From: a virus
Lineage: Duplodnaviria > Caudoviricetes
DNA length: 61,953 nt
Virus record (IMG/VR): IMGVR_UViG_3300021197_001137
Location: 1-61,953 of that record
Direction: 5' to 3' (one strand)
Below, one piece after another: positions 25,477-36,094 of the stretch; position 1 is the stretch's first letter, and each line of letters opens with the position of its first letter. The notes under the pieces were generated by a model. The model was not told the DNA's origin, made no database searches, and was given only the letters and a program-made list of their open reading frames with translations. The position numbers were made by a program, and so were the translations under genes.

Positions 25477-26193
25477 ATGGCTAGAATAAGCACATATGGA
25501 ATAGACGCAAAACCCGAGTTAGGAGATAAGGTAATTGGTACTGATCAAGGTGCTAACCAAGCAACTAAGAATTATACATTAGGTGAAATATCCGACCTTA
25601 TTAATAATACTAATAGCTTAGGTGTTGCAGATCAAGCTGTATTTGCTTTTCAATGGGACTTATCTCAAGGAAGAGATCCAGGCACTATTAGTTTTGCCTC
25701 CGGAGGAGGTATCAATACTAGTTTTGGTAATATAACCAGTATACTTTTAAGCAAAACTGGCGCAGGGGGAAAAGATATAAAAAATTTTTTGCCGCTATTC
25801 GCTGGCAAGGATATAATAATAGCACAAACAAATAATGTAAATAGCTTTGGTCACTATAAAGTAGCGACAATAGTAGACTATGTGCCAGACACAAACTTTT
25901 TAGAAGTTACATTAGAATTATATACGAGCAACGGTGCCATATTAAAGGATAAGCACTATATATTTAGTGAATTTGTAAACCCTGAAAGTGATGAGGGCGA
26001 TAAAAACTTCACATTCACTCAAAATAGCGCGGCACAAATATGGTCAATAACACATAACCTAGGAAAAAACCCCTCAGTATCAGTTGCGGACACAGCAGGC
26101 AGTTGGGTGGTAGGACAGGTTGATTACATAAACGATAACGAATTAACAATAACATTTAACGCTCCCTTTCCAGGGGTGGCATACTTAAACTAA
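25477..26193 (+). CDS. Putative tail fibre adaptor/structural protein
   Basis: MARISTY N-terminus; C-terminal WSITHNLGKNPSVSV module. Confidence 0.6.
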   Translation: MARISTYGIDAKPELGDKVIGTDQGANQATKNYTLGEISDLINNTNSLGVADQAVFAFQWDLSQGRDPGTISFASGGGINTSFGNITSILLSKTGAGGKDIKNFLPLFAGKDIIIAQTNNVNSFGHYKVATIVDYVPDTNFLEVTLELYTSNGAILKDKHYIFSEFVNPESDEGDKNFTFTQNSAAQIWSITHNLGKNPSVSVADTAGSWVVGQVDYINDNELTITFNAPFPGVAYLN

Positions 26194-26197
26194 CAAC

Positions 26198-28081
26198 ATG
26201 GCATTAAATTTTTTAACTGGTTTAGATGTACAAGGTAATGTAAACATCAACCAAAAAGAACTGCGAAACGCAGTAGTACAAAACCTAGGTACAGCGCCTG
26301 GTTCACCTTTAGCCGGTCAAATATATTATGACACAGGGGATAACAAAATAAAGCTTTATAATGGGGCATCCTGGTTAACCGTACCAGATGGAACAGGGGC
26401 CAACAACTATTTAACGGGTTTATCATTTAATACTGGTAACGGGGTTCTTACCGCAACTAGACAAGGCTTGTCAGATATTACTGTTGACTTAGACGGTAGG
26501 TATGCTTTAAGTTCAGCTATTCCTACGGTTGGAAACGGAGAATTAACGGTTAGTGGTACAGGGGTACTTAGCGGTACAACCACATTTACAGCGAACCAAT
26601 CAGGTGATTCTTCTGTTGATATTACACATGACAATGTAACCAGATCAAATACTACTTCTACACAAAGCAGTAACGTATTTACGGTAATAGATAATATCTC
26701 ATCAAGTGCCCAAGGACACATAACAGCTGTAAATACCAAAACGGTAACTGTATCAGATGATGATACTACTTCTTTGCCGATTAAAGACGCAGGTGGTACT
26801 ACTAAGTTCACTTCAACTGACGCTACTGGTTTAAGATTTGAGGGCGGAACAAATGTAACAGTAGGATTTACATCAGCTGATCAAACAGTAAAAATAAATA
26901 GTACAGATCAATACCAAGGTACAGTAACAGGCATAGGTACAGCTACTTCAGGTACAATAGCGATAGCAGGTACGTCTGCTGTTCCCACTGTATCAACTAT
27001 TACAGCAGCTGTTGCCAATAATGGTACAGCCTTAGCTACCGGGGACCAAATCTATGATTTTGTAACCGGGCAAATTGCAAATTTACCATCCGGTTTATCA
27101 TTTGAAGGAAGCTGGAACGCAAATACAGATTCACCTTCTTTAGCGGGTACAACTCCAGACAGCGGTACATTTTATATTGTAAGTGTTGACGGTAGTACGA
27201 ACCTATCTGGAATTACGGATTGGAAAGTTGGAGATTGGGCTATATATGTTTCAGACGGAGCTGGATCTGACGGTTGGCAAAAAATTGACAATACTTCGAC
27301 ACTATCTGGATCTGGTGCTGCTGGGCAATTAACATATTGGACAGGTACTGCAAATGTAGCTGGGGACGCAGGATTAACGTATAATGCAACTTCAAATAAT
27401 CTAACAGTTGGAAATAACATTACAGCTGGCGGGACTATGACAGCTTCAGGAGGAAACTCTGGAGAATGGAATACCGCATATGACAACATGATCACAGCTG
27501 TAGGGGTATCTGGTACAGCAACCAAAACAATTACTTTAACACAACAAGATGGAGGCACGCTAACAGCAAACTGGACAGATATTGGAGAATCAGGGACTGT
27601 AACAGGTGTTACTGGAGTTTCTCCTATACAAGTTACGTCTTCTTCAACAACACCAGCTGTTTCCATACTTACGGCAACAGGATCTCAAATTGGAGCAGGT
27701 AATGTTTCTCCGGGTGAAGGTATTGACGTATCATACTCTGGAGGTACAGCTACAGTATCAGGTGAAAATTCAACACCAACAAACAAAGGTATTGTAATTG
27801 TTGCCGGGAGCGGTGATATAAGTGTAACTTATTCAAACGGTACCGCTACTATAGGATCTACGGCGCAATCCGCTAATACATATGCTGCAACTATTACTGA
27901 TTCAGTTTCGGGTACAACTTTTAACCACGGCTTAGGTGATGATGTAATCGTACAACTATACGATGCAACTACCAAAGAAACTGTTTATGCAGATGTTCAA
28001 AGAAACGGTAGTTACCTAAATATAACATTCGCGTCTACACCAACGAACTCAATTAGAGTATTAGTTCAGAAAATAGGTTAA
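26198..28081 (+). CDS. Tail fibre protein
   Basis: Gly/Thr/Ser-rich beta repeats; GQIYYDT; GSWNA..WKVGDW..WQKIDN module; C-terminal NHGLG module. Confidence 0.75.
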   Translation: MALNFLTGLDVQGNVNINQKELRNAVVQNLGTAPGSPLAGQIYYDTGDNKIKLYNGASWLTVPDGTGANNYLTGLSFNTGNGVLTATRQGLSDITVDLDGRYALSSAIPTVGNGELTVSGTGVLSGTTTFTANQSGDSSVDITHDNVTRSNTTSTQSSNVFTVIDNISSSAQGHITAVNTKTVTVSDDDTTSLPIKDAGGTTKFTSTDATGLRFEGGTNVTVGFTSADQTVKINSTDQYQGTVTGIGTATSGTIAIAGTSAVPTVSTITAAVANNGTALATGDQIYDFVTGQIANLPSGLSFEGSWNANTDSPSLAGTTPDSGTFYIVSVDGSTNLSGITDWKVGDWAIYVSDGAGSDGWQKIDNTSTLSGSGAAGQLTYWTGTANVAGDAGLTYNATSNNLTVGNNITAGGTMTASGGNSGEWNTAYDNMITAVGVSGTATKTITLTQQDGGTLTANWTDIGESGTVTGVTGVSPIQVTSSSTTPAVSILTATGSQIGAGNVSPGEGIDVSYSGGTATVSGENSTPTNKGIVIVAGSGDISVTYSNGTATIGSTAQSANTYAATITDSVSGTTFNHGLGDDVIVQLYDATTKETVYADVQRNGSYLNITFASTPTNSIRVLVQKIG

Positions 28082-28095
28082 TAAAACCAAACTAA

Positions 28096-30150
28096 ATGGC
28101 AATTAAATTTTTAAATACAGTAGCCGTTGATACAGATGTTCTATATGTTGATGCGAGTAGTAATCGCGTAGGAATTGGGACCACAAGTCCTAGCAGAAAG
28201 CTACATATACACGCTGATAGTGGTAACGCGTATTTACAATTAACGCAAGCAGCCACAGGTACAACGTCTAATGATGGATTTCAAATATCAATGGGTACGG
28301 GCCAAGTTAACTTTATTAACAGGGAGAACGGTAACATGGTTTTTGAAACCAACAATACCGAAAGAATGCGTATTGCAAATACGGGTAGTGTAGGTATTGC
28401 GACGACTTCCCCAGACTATAAGTTAGAGGTAAATGGAACTTTAGGAGTCTCAAGAACAGATGGTATAATTTTTGCCGGAAGCGCAGGCTCAGGGTTAGGG
28501 AACAAAATAACCTCGGACACTTCTAATAATTTAATTTTTAGCACTTCTCTGCCAAGTGCTCCATACACTACTACCGAAAAAGCTCGTATTACAAATGCAG
28601 GTGATGTAGGAATCGGGACAGCTTCGCCTACAAGTTTTGGTACTGGCAGTCGTTTAATTACAGTTCAAGCAGCAAGTGGCGGAGGTTATGGAGGTCTTCT
28701 CGCAAAAACAGATAGTGTTACAGGTCAAATATGGGCTAACGAAGGGGGACCAAATGTTTTTATGGGTACAAGAACAAACCACCCGTTAATACTTACTACG
28801 AATAATACAGAAAAAGCAAGAATAGATACTTCTGGCAAAGTTGGGATTGGGACGACTGCTCCTAGCGAGAAATTGCACGTTAATGGAAATATAAGAACAA
28901 ACTCAACGCAGGGTTATTACGGTTCATTCTTGCAAGCAATATCAAGTACTGGGTTAAAAATTGGTAATGATGACTTTAGTGGATATGCCTTCTTTAATAA
29001 TAACGGTAACACAGGTATAGGCACCGAAAGCCCTAGCACGAAGCTTCACATAGGGCCAACCGTTTCGGGTAGTACAGTCGAAGAGTTTAGAATACAAACT
29101 GGCACTTCATCTGGTTATGGGGGAACAGCGATAATTAATTTATTAACAGGCCAATATGGCAACTCTGGTATATACTTTGGAGACTCATCCCAAGGTTACT
29201 CAAATCAACCGGCTTTTATAGAATTTCAAGACTCCCCTAGTACGCTAATATACAAAGCGCCGGCTACGTCGGGCTCTCATATATTCAAGATAGGTACAGC
29301 TGAAAAAATGAGGATCAACTATAATGGAAAAGTAGGTGTTAACACAACCAACCCTCTTGCTCAATTTCACGTAGACGGTGAAACTTATTTTAGAGATAAT
29401 TTCTTTGTTGCAAAATCTGGAACTATAGGAACCTCTAATACGATAGAGGTCAAGGTGGCGGGTACTTCAAATGGTGATGCACAGATTAGAATTGGTGATG
29501 TTAATGATTATTGGGGTGGTACAAACAGTTATAGTACATGGAATACTACTGATAGGACTTTAGTACATGGGTTAGATGTAGGGATAAATTGTGACCCCAA
29601 AAACATGCTACATATATTTAAAGGTAACCTTTATTTAGATAACTCAGGATTAAGAGATTCTAATGGAGACTACGGTGTAGCAGGTCAAAATTTAAAATCC
29701 AAAGGTCAAGGAACTGTAGAGTACAGTTGGGAAAAAATGACACTAACTTCTGTATTCTATGCAAGTAGTTTTCAGTCTGGTAGTGTTATATATATGCCCT
29801 TTGGCGTGACATCTGAAACCACTACTAATCAATACTATAATAACTTTGTTGCTCCATATAATGGAAGAGTTAGACAAATAAGAATAAAACACATCAGCGG
29901 ATCTACTCCTACTGCTACGAGCTTTTCATCATTCAGAGTCTATGTAAATGGAAGTTTAACCGGTAATGTAACACCAACTACTACCAGTGGTGGTTCAAAT
30001 GGAATGATGGGAGTCGCAGAATATTCAGATACCGCTGCTACATTTAATGCAGGAGACAGGGTTCAATTTGCCTATGTAGCATCTGGAAGCACCGGGCACA
30101 TCTACGGAGCTACGGCAACATTTATAATAGAATACACAGAAAACAAATAA
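28096..30150 (+). CDS. Tail fibre / receptor-binding protein
   Basis: Repeated [19 protein letters not shown] units. Confidence 0.8.
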   Translation: MAIKFLNTVAVDTDVLYVDASSNRVGIGTTSPSRKLHIHADSGNAYLQLTQAATGTTSNDGFQISMGTGQVNFINRENGNMVFETNNTERMRIANTGSVGIATTSPDYKLEVNGTLGVSRTDGIIFAGSAGSGLGNKITSDTSNNLIFSTSLPSAPYTTTEKARITNAGDVGIGTASPTSFGTGSRLITVQAASGGGYGGLLAKTDSVTGQIWANEGGPNVFMGTRTNHPLILTTNNTEKARIDTSGKVGIGTTAPSEKLHVNGNIRTNSTQGYYGSFLQAISSTGLKIGNDDFSGYAFFNNNGNTGIGTESPSTKLHIGPTVSGSTVEEFRIQTGTSSGYGGTAIINLLTGQYGNSGIYFGDSSQGYSNQPAFIEFQDSPSTLIYKAPATSGSHIFKIGTAEKMRINYNGKVGVNTTNPLAQFHVDGETYFRDNFFVAKSGTIGTSNTIEVKVAGTSNGDAQIRIGDVNDYWGGTNSYSTWNTTDRTLVHGLDVGINCDPKNMLHIFKGNLYLDNSGLRDSNGDYGVAGQNLKSKGQGTVEYSWEKMTLTSVFYASSFQSGSVIYMPFGVTSETTTNQYYNNFVAPYNGRVRQIRIKHISGSTPTATSFSSFRVYVNGSLTGNVTPTTTSGGSNGMMGVAEYSDTAATFNAGDRVQFAYVASGSTGHIYGATATFIIEYTENK

Positions 30151-30152
30151 AT

Positions 30153-30818
30153 ATGGCGACACTAAATGATAATATAAAACTTAACAAGCCATTATATAAA
30201 AACAATCCTAGTATAGATAAACCTAGGAAAGACGGAAATGGTCAGGTTGAAACACCTCAAAAAGAAACAAATGAACTTTCAGCTGCATCAACAATTATAG
30301 ATATTGTAGACGATAATGCTAAATTTGAAATTACTAAGGGCCTTGTTAACAACATAGAGCAGATACGGGAAGACTTAGAGGAGTTGTACACGTGGACAAT
30401 TAGTGCCTTTGGCAAAAACTCAGCAACAGCAGCTTCTCAAGGACCTAAAGGTGATACTGGGGCGCAAGGCCCTAAGGGTAACACCGGCAACACAGGGTCA
30501 ACAGGCTCAACCGGGGCAACAGGTCCGCAGGGGCCAGCCGGCAGCAACGGATCAAACGGAACTGACGGAAGTAATGGAGCTAAGGGAGACAAAGGAGACA
30601 CTGGTTCAACTGGGCCACAAGGAGCTACCGGACCGCAAGGAGCAACAGGCGCAGCCGGTAGTGATGCAAGCATAAACGTTACCGATTGTAAAGGAACGGT
30701 AACGGGAACAGTTCAAAATATTAAAATTTGTGATGGATATATAGATATAAACTGGGTAAACGTTAAGGGAACATCACAAACACCCATAAGATGCGCAACA
30801 CAGGTAATTAAAAAATAA
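30153..30818 (+). CDS. Collagen-like (G-X-Y) fibre protein
   Basis: Uninterrupted G-X-Y run ([13 protein letters not shown]...GAAG). Confidence 0.8.
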   Translation: MATLNDNIKLNKPLYKNNPSIDKPRKDGNGQVETPQKETNELSAASTIIDIVDDNAKFEITKGLVNNIEQIREDLEELYTWTISAFGKNSATAASQGPKGDTGAQGPKGNTGNTGSTGSTGATGPQGPAGSNGSNGTDGSNGAKGDKGDTGSTGPQGATGPQGATGAAGSDASINVTDCKGTVTGTVQNIKICDGYIDINWVNVKGTSQTPIRCATQVIKK

Positions 30819-30822
30819 AAAA

Positions 30823-31143
30823 ATGATAACATACGATTGGAATTGTAAAACAGTAGACGTATATCCTCAAGCGGAAGGCGAAACAGATGTAGTATATAAC
30901 GTACATTGGACTGTAATAGGAACAAAAGAAGACTATTCAGCAACAAGTATTGGAACTCAAATAGTAGCAGTAGATCCTGAAACTGAGTTTATTCCTTTTG
31001 ATGAACTAACAAACGAAATTGTAGTTGGTTGGACAAAAGACGCTATGGGGGTAGAGGAAGTTCAAGCCATTGAAGACGGCATTGCTTCTCAAATAAATGA
31101 ACTAGAAAATCCAACTTCTGTAACTATGACAATAGGAGATTAA
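30823..31143 (+). CDS. Tail-fibre-associated small protein
   Basis: DVVYNVHW..FIPFDELT..VVGW pattern, typical of genes beside fibre genes in marine phages. Confidence 0.6.
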   Translation: MITYDWNCKTVDVYPQAEGETDVVYNVHWTVIGTKEDYSATSIGTQIVAVDPETEFIPFDELTNEIVVGWTKDAMGVEEVQAIEDGIASQINELENPTSVTMTIGD

Positions 31144-31223
31144 AGTAAATGAATTTTCACGTAATAATAAAACCATAACCTGCCTCGTAAAGGCAACCAA
31201 ATAATAACATAAAACCAAAACCA

Positions 31224-31541
31224 ATGACAATTTATTACCAGACTAACTCGTGGTCTAGTCAATCACAACCAGATGAAAACCGTTTAAAGCTATGGGAACA
31301 TATAGCTAACAAAGCAAATTGGAGAATAGTCCAACTTCCAAATGGTTATTACCAAACAGAATACAAGGACATCGATTGCCCTTGTGATCCAGAAAAAGAT
31401 ACTTGCTGTGAAAAATGGCATGATGTTACAAGGCGAGAAACTATGGAAGCCGCTGAAACATCAATAGATAAAACTATTGAACATTACGAAAAAAAATTAG
31501 AATTTTTAAACGGCCCGAAAGTAGTAAAAACATTTAAGTAA
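31224..31541 (+). CDS. Hypothetical protein
   Basis: ORF track; ACGTAAT motif upstream at 31159. Confidence 0.7.
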   Translation: MTIYYQTNSWSSQSQPDENRLKLWEHIANKANWRIVQLPNGYYQTEYKDIDCPCDPEKDTCCEKWHDVTRRETMEAAETSIDKTIEHYEKKLEFLNGPKVVKTFK

Positions 31542-31564
31542 CAATATAATAAAAATTTAATTTA

Positions 31565-33121
31565 ATGGAATTTAATAATCCTAGTGATATTGTAAAAACA
31601 CTAACCTTTGGTAAAAGTGCAAAGGAACAAATAATGCAAGGCGTTGAAAAATTATCAAACGCAGTAAAGAGCACCTTGGGTGCATCTGGAAAATGCGTGA
31701 TTTATGAAGACGCTCTTGGCCGACCGGTAATAACAAAAGACGGAGTAACCGTTGCAGACAGCGTAGTCTTATTACATCCGGTTGAAAACATAGGGGCAAC
31801 TCTTATAAAAGAAGCCGCTAATAACACAGTAAAAGAAGCAGGCGACGGTACGACTACGGCCACCGTTCTAGCCGACTCATTATTAAAAATTGCTAACGAA
31901 AAGTTACATGAAGAAAAAGTTAGAGACATTAAAGCAGGCATTCTTAGTTGTGCTGATAAAATTAAAATACATCTTGATAAGACCAGTACTCCTGTTAAGG
32001 GCGCTATGCTTAAGAACGTTGCTATTATTAGCTGCAACAACGACGAAGAACTTGGAACCAAAATTGGAGAAGCTTACGAAAAAGTTGGACCTAATGGAGT
32101 CATATTAATGGAGGAGTCTGAAACAAATGAAACATATGTTGATTTTGTTGAAGGCGCTCAATTTGATTCTAAAATTAAATCACCTCATTTAGCTACTGAC
32201 AAAGATAAAGGAACATCTACTTTAGATAATCCTTTAGTTCTTATAGTTTCATCGCCGATACCCAATATCAGGAGAATACAAAATGTTTTAGAACATGCCA
32301 TAAAAAATAAAAGAAGCTTATTAATTGTAGCCGAGGTAGAACAACAACCATTTGCAACATTAGTTGCTAATAAGGTAAAAGGCAATATAAGAGTTAATAT
32401 TGTAGACCCTCCTGGCTTTGGGCCAACAAGAGTTAAGTCAATAGAAGATTTAGCAATATTGACAGGAGCCACAGTTATAAACGAAGAGCTAGGCGATGAT
32501 TTAGATTTAATAGATGTATCAGTACTAGGGGAAGCGGTAAAGTCCGTTACAGACGACAAGAGCACTGTTCTACAGGTTCATGAACCAGACAACGAGGTTA
32601 AAGAAAGAATAAAATTAGTAGAAAGCAAAATAAAAGAAGAAACAAACCCGTTTTTTAGAAAAAAATTAGAGCAAAGGTTGTCAATGCTAACCGGCCGTGT
32701 AGGCATTATAAAAGTAGGAGGAAACTCTAAGGTTGAATTAAAAGAAAAAAAAGATAGGGTAGAAGACGCTATTTATGCAACAAAGGCAGCTTATAAAGAA
32801 GGCATTGTTGCTGGCGGCGGTGTAGCTTTACTAAATGCTTCTAAAAAAATTAAACCAGCTAATAAAGGAGAAGAGATTTTGCTTAAAGCGATACAAGCTC
32901 CTTATTACACAATATTAGATAACGCTGGTATAGTTGAAATAAAAAAGCCAACAACAAAAAATAGGGGTATTGATGTTAAAACCGGCAAGGAAGTTAATAT
33001 GCTTACCGCTGGGATTATAGACCCCGTGTTGGTAACAAAGTCAGCCCTTAAAAACGCAGTTAGTGTTGTAACCACCATAATATCTGCTGATTGCGTAATA
33101 AGTAATAAAAGACTAGCGTAA
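31565..33121 (+). CDS. groEL: Phage chaperonin GroEL
   Basis: TKDGVTVA, AGDGTTTATVLA, PGFG, KKDRVEDA, GGGVAL, GIIDP. Confidence 0.95.
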   Translation: MEFNNPSDIVKTLTFGKSAKEQIMQGVEKLSNAVKSTLGASGKCVIYEDALGRPVITKDGVTVADSVVLLHPVENIGATLIKEAANNTVKEAGDGTTTATVLADSLLKIANEKLHEEKVRDIKAGILSCADKIKIHLDKTSTPVKGAMLKNVAIISCNNDEELGTKIGEAYEKVGPNGVILMEESETNETYVDFVEGAQFDSKIKSPHLATDKDKGTSTLDNPLVLIVSSPIPNIRRIQNVLEHAIKNKRSLLIVAEVEQQPFATLVANKVKGNIRVNIVDPPGFGPTRVKSIEDLAILTGATVINEELGDDLDLIDVSVLGEAVKSVTDDKSTVLQVHEPDNEVKERIKLVESKIKEETNPFFRKKLEQRLSMLTGRVGIIKVGGNSKVELKEKKDRVEDAIYATKAAYKEGIVAGGGVALLNASKKIKPANKGEEILLKAIQAPYYTILDNAGIVEIKKPTTKNRGIDVKTGKEVNMLTAGIIDPVLVTKSALKNAVSVVTTIISADCVISNKRLA

Positions 33122-33378
33122 TGAAAGCAATCAATTATTATTTAATAGTAGATAAAATAAAAGAAGCCCCCTCAAAAATAGCAGGATTGGAGCTTACTGA
33201 AAAGCAAAACTCAGATGTTAGGTATTTAAGAGCTGAGGTTATAAGCGTTGGAGAAAATGTTCCTATAATAAAAAAAGGTGACATAATAAGATACGATAAA
33301 CACGCAGGTCATGGAATTGAATGGAAAGAAAGATTGTATTATGTTTTAAAAGCGCCTGATGTAGTTATTATAGAATGA
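33121..33378 (+). CDS. groES: Co-chaperonin GroES
   Basis: AEVISVG..IKKGDIIRYDKHAG; translationally coupled to groEL. Confidence 0.85.
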   Translation: MKAINYYLIVDKIKEAPSKIAGLELTEKQNSDVRYLRAEVISVGENVPIIKKGDIIRYDKHAGHGIEWKERLYYVLKAPDVVIIE

Positions 33379-33815
33379 GAGTAACAGGCCAAGACATAAG
33401 AGATATGAATTTGTTTAAGTATTACAGGCTCGTGCGTAAATGGGCTTGTAAAACTTATAACTTAAAGGACGCGGATTTAGAGCTTCTAGTATATCTTGAT
33501 TGCAAAAAACTGTTCACAAGAAACGATTTTATAAACGGAACATACACTTATAGTTGGGATAAAAATCGGTGGGAAAGATTAAGAAGGGACGGATGGATAG
33601 ATGTGTTTAAAGAACGCAACAGAACAACTTCGAAATTTGCGGTTTATAAAGTTTCGCATAAGGGGATAAACCTTATAATGCGAATGTATAGAATATTATT
33701 GGGGCAAGAGGATATGCCCACGTCGCAAAGAAGCGCATTTTATAAAAATAAATCATATACGGACAAAGTTTTTAATAAGGCTATAGATGATATGATACAT
33801 GACAACGAACGGTAA
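33375..33815 (+). CDS. Putative winged-helix DNA-binding protein
   Basis: LKDADLELLVYL..LRRDGWI..YKVSHKG, MarR-like pattern. Confidence 0.5.
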   Translation: MRVTGQDIRDMNLFKYYRLVRKWACKTYNLKDADLELLVYLDCKKLFTRNDFINGTYTYSWDKNRWERLRRDGWIDVFKERNRTTSKFAVYKVSHKGINLIMRMYRILLGQEDMPTSQRSAFYKNKSYTDKVFNKAIDDMIHDNER

Positions 33816-34207
33816 TGAGTTTTAAACTTAAAAATTTTTCAGATCTTGTTGGTATAGACAAAGAATCATCTACTTATGGAACCCCTGTATTTAAAAAAGA
33901 TTTAAAAGGTACCGTAATTGCAGAGGCTAATAACGATGGGACGATATTCGTAGACGAGCAAGCCGATAGCCCTACAAAGAAAAAAGCGGTTGATCATGAA
34001 AAAATACATTTGGATCAATTGCGAACCGGTAGGCTACAGTACGATGATAACACTTTAACATGGAAAACTGATACTAGAAGCCCAGCTAGAGTGTACAAAA
34101 GAGAAAACGGTAAATTAATAGATACAAAAACAGGCGAATCAAAAGAGGAGGGAGATCCCACTTTAGAATGGGAGCATGAAGCCTATTTCCCTAAAAATAA
34201 AAAATAG
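33815..34207 (+). CDS. Small zincin-like metallopeptidase
   Basis: GTIFVD..AVDHEKIHLDQ (HExxH) and downstream WEHEAY. Confidence 0.65.
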   Translation: MSFKLKNFSDLVGIDKESSTYGTPVFKKDLKGTVIAEANNDGTIFVDEQADSPTKKKAVDHEKIHLDQLRTGRLQYDDNTLTWKTDTRSPARVYKRENGKLIDTKTGESKEEGDPTLEWEHEAYFPKNKK

Positions 34208-34211
34208 CATT

Positions 34212-34478
34212 ATGTCATACAAAGCAACACCAATAACTTACAAAGCAAAATCCAGTCTATTAAGGGCTGACCAATCGTTGATAGACGGCGCAGCTGATTT
34301 AGGAGATTCTAAGTCTTTTAAAAATTATAGCGAAGAAGTAGGCGATAAATTTGATGACGAAAACAGAGGAGAGGTTTCCGAAGTTGCTGATTACACTAAA
34401 GACACAGAAGAAAAGAAAAGTAAAAACCAAGCAGACAACGCGGTAGAGGTTGATTCCACTAAAACCCCTAAGGTTTAA
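34212..34478 (+). CDS. Hypothetical protein, N-terminal PITYK motif
   Basis: ORF track 34176..34478; ATG 34212 follows the upstream stop. Confidence 0.65.
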   Translation: MSYKATPITYKAKSSLLRADQSLIDGAADLGDSKSFKNYSEEVGDKFDDENRGEVSEVADYTKDTEEKKSKNQADNAVEVDSTKTPKV

Positions 34479-34497
34479 AATAAATAAAACAAACGAT

Positions 34498-35514
34498 ATG
34501 CCATCACCAATAACTAACAGAATAAAAAGACACCCTTCATTTGGTCCTTTAAAAAAGGATAAGAAAAATGATCCTAAAACGGAAACTTTTACAGAGGGTA
34601 AAACAGAAATAACAAAAGAAAACGTAGAAGGCGATAAAACCGAAGGAAAAGTAGTTAAAGCTTCTTCTAATCGCTGTGGTACCCAAGCTGAAAAAGACGC
34701 AGGAAAAGTAAAGCAAACATGCGAGGAAAGTGGTTTTTCAAGTTTATCTGCTGAAGAAGTTAAAGCCTCTGAAATAAAGCAAGGGTTAAGAACTGAGGAC
34801 ACCGTTACTTGTCCAGAAGGTTCTACTAAAGATGCGGATGGTAATTGTGTAAAAGAAACAAAAACGACTACCCCGGGCTCAAGAGGTGATGTGTATACTG
34901 AAACAGAATCTAGAATACTAAGACCTTACGAGATACGTCAATTAAATAGATCAGGAAGAATAGCTGATAATAGAATCTCATCCTCAAGCAAACGTTTAAC
35001 AAATTTAGGAGCTACACAAGATGCTGACGGAAATTGGTCGATGCCCGAAGGTGCTTCTGCTAAAGACATGCGTAAGTTTAATAAATTTAAATCAAAGTTT
35101 CAAAGAAACTCCATGCAGAAATCTAATGTAGATCGCGGTGTAAAGTCAGGTAGAGGCTTTGGTGAATTAATACATTCTGGTCAAAGAAAAACGACTCAGT
35201 CTGAAATTAATAAAGACCCCGGTAGTGTTAAGGCACAAGAAAAATTAAATGCTGATAGAGCTGCTTTTGAAGCAGAGCAAGCTGAAAGAGAAGCTTCAGT
35301 AAATAATATAACTACCTCAACAACAAAGCCTTCTGATCAATCTATTACGCCAGGTGAAAATCCTTTTTCTGAAATGATGAAAAAATTTGAAGAAGATAAA
35401 CAACAAGGGAATTATTCTTTTGGCAATTATAATGTAGGCGGCGGTACTACTCAAAGAAGTGGATTGTTTGCTAAAAAAGGGCCTATGAAAAAGTCATTCT
35501 TTAAAAATAAATAG
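34498..35514 (+). CDS. Low-complexity charged protein, N-terminal SPITNR motif
   Basis: ORF track 34450..35514; ATG 34498 with A-rich leader. Confidence 0.7.
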   Translation: MPSPITNRIKRHPSFGPLKKDKKNDPKTETFTEGKTEITKENVEGDKTEGKVVKASSNRCGTQAEKDAGKVKQTCEESGFSSLSAEEVKASEIKQGLRTEDTVTCPEGSTKDADGNCVKETKTTTPGSRGDVYTETESRILRPYEIRQLNRSGRIADNRISSSSKRLTNLGATQDADGNWSMPEGASAKDMRKFNKFKSKFQRNSMQKSNVDRGVKSGRGFGELIHSGQRKTTQSEINKDPGSVKAQEKLNADRAAFEAEQAEREASVNNITTSTTKPSDQSITPGENPFSEMMKKFEEDKQQGNYSFGNYNVGGGTTQRSGLFAKKGPMKKSFFKNK

Positions 35515-35516
35515 TT

Positions 35517-35927
35517 ATGGCATATATACAAAAACCCAAATCAAGTTGCCTTAAAAAAGCGCTTGTAGGAAATCAACACAATCTGCCTGAATTTTTAAAA
35601 GAAGAAATCAAAGCCACCCCAGAATCCCCAGCAAAGAAAAAAGGAGGAGCGCCATCCCGTAAAAAATCTAAAGGTTATTACAACGAAGTTAGATCTAAAA
35701 CAAAAGAAGGGGCTGCTGCGGGAGGTGGAATGACACAAGCTGGTGTTAATAAATATAAAAAAGACAATCCCGGTAGTAAGCTTAAAACTGCTGTTACTAA
35801 CTGTAAAGCTAAAGTAGGCACAAAACCTTATAAAAGACAAAAAGCATTTTGTTCTAGATCTAAAAGTTGGAATGGCGAAAGAGGTCGCGCGGCAAGAAGA
35901 AGATGGTGCTGCAGTCGATTTAGTTAA
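35517..35927 (+). CDS. Basic hypothetical protein (RQKAFCSRS..RRRWCC)
   Basis: ORF track. Confidence 0.7.
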   Translation: MAYIQKPKSSCLKKALVGNQHNLPEFLKEEIKATPESPAKKKGGAPSRKKSKGYYNEVRSKTKEGAAAGGGMTQAGVNKYKKDNPGSKLKTAVTNCKAKVGTKPYKRQKAFCSRSKSWNGERGRAARRRWCCSRFS

Positions 35928-35938
35928 AATATAATATT

Positions 35939-36094
35939 ATGGAATCAAAAGGACTAGGAGACTCAATAGAAAAATTTACAAAAGCAACTGGAATAAAAAA
36001 ACTTGCGGATAAGATACCCGGAGGATGTGGTTGCGAAAAAAGAAAACAAACATTAAATAAATATTTCCCATATAAAAACAAACAAAATGGCTGA
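35939..36094 (+). CDS. Small protein (51 aa; GLGDSIEKFTKATGIK..CGCEKRK)
   Basis: Hand translation; fills the operon gap. Confidence 0.7.
   Translation: MESKGLGDSIEKFTKATGIKKLADKIPGGCGCEKRKQTLNKYFPYKNKQNG

Noticed and set aside
28096-30150. Diversity-generating retroelement acting on the fibre gene
   Set aside because: No reverse transcriptase and no template/variable repeat pair seen; the repeats are protein-level.
30436-30663. GC-rich DNA repeat as a mobile or regulatory element
   Set aside because: Fully explained by collagen G-X-Y coding.
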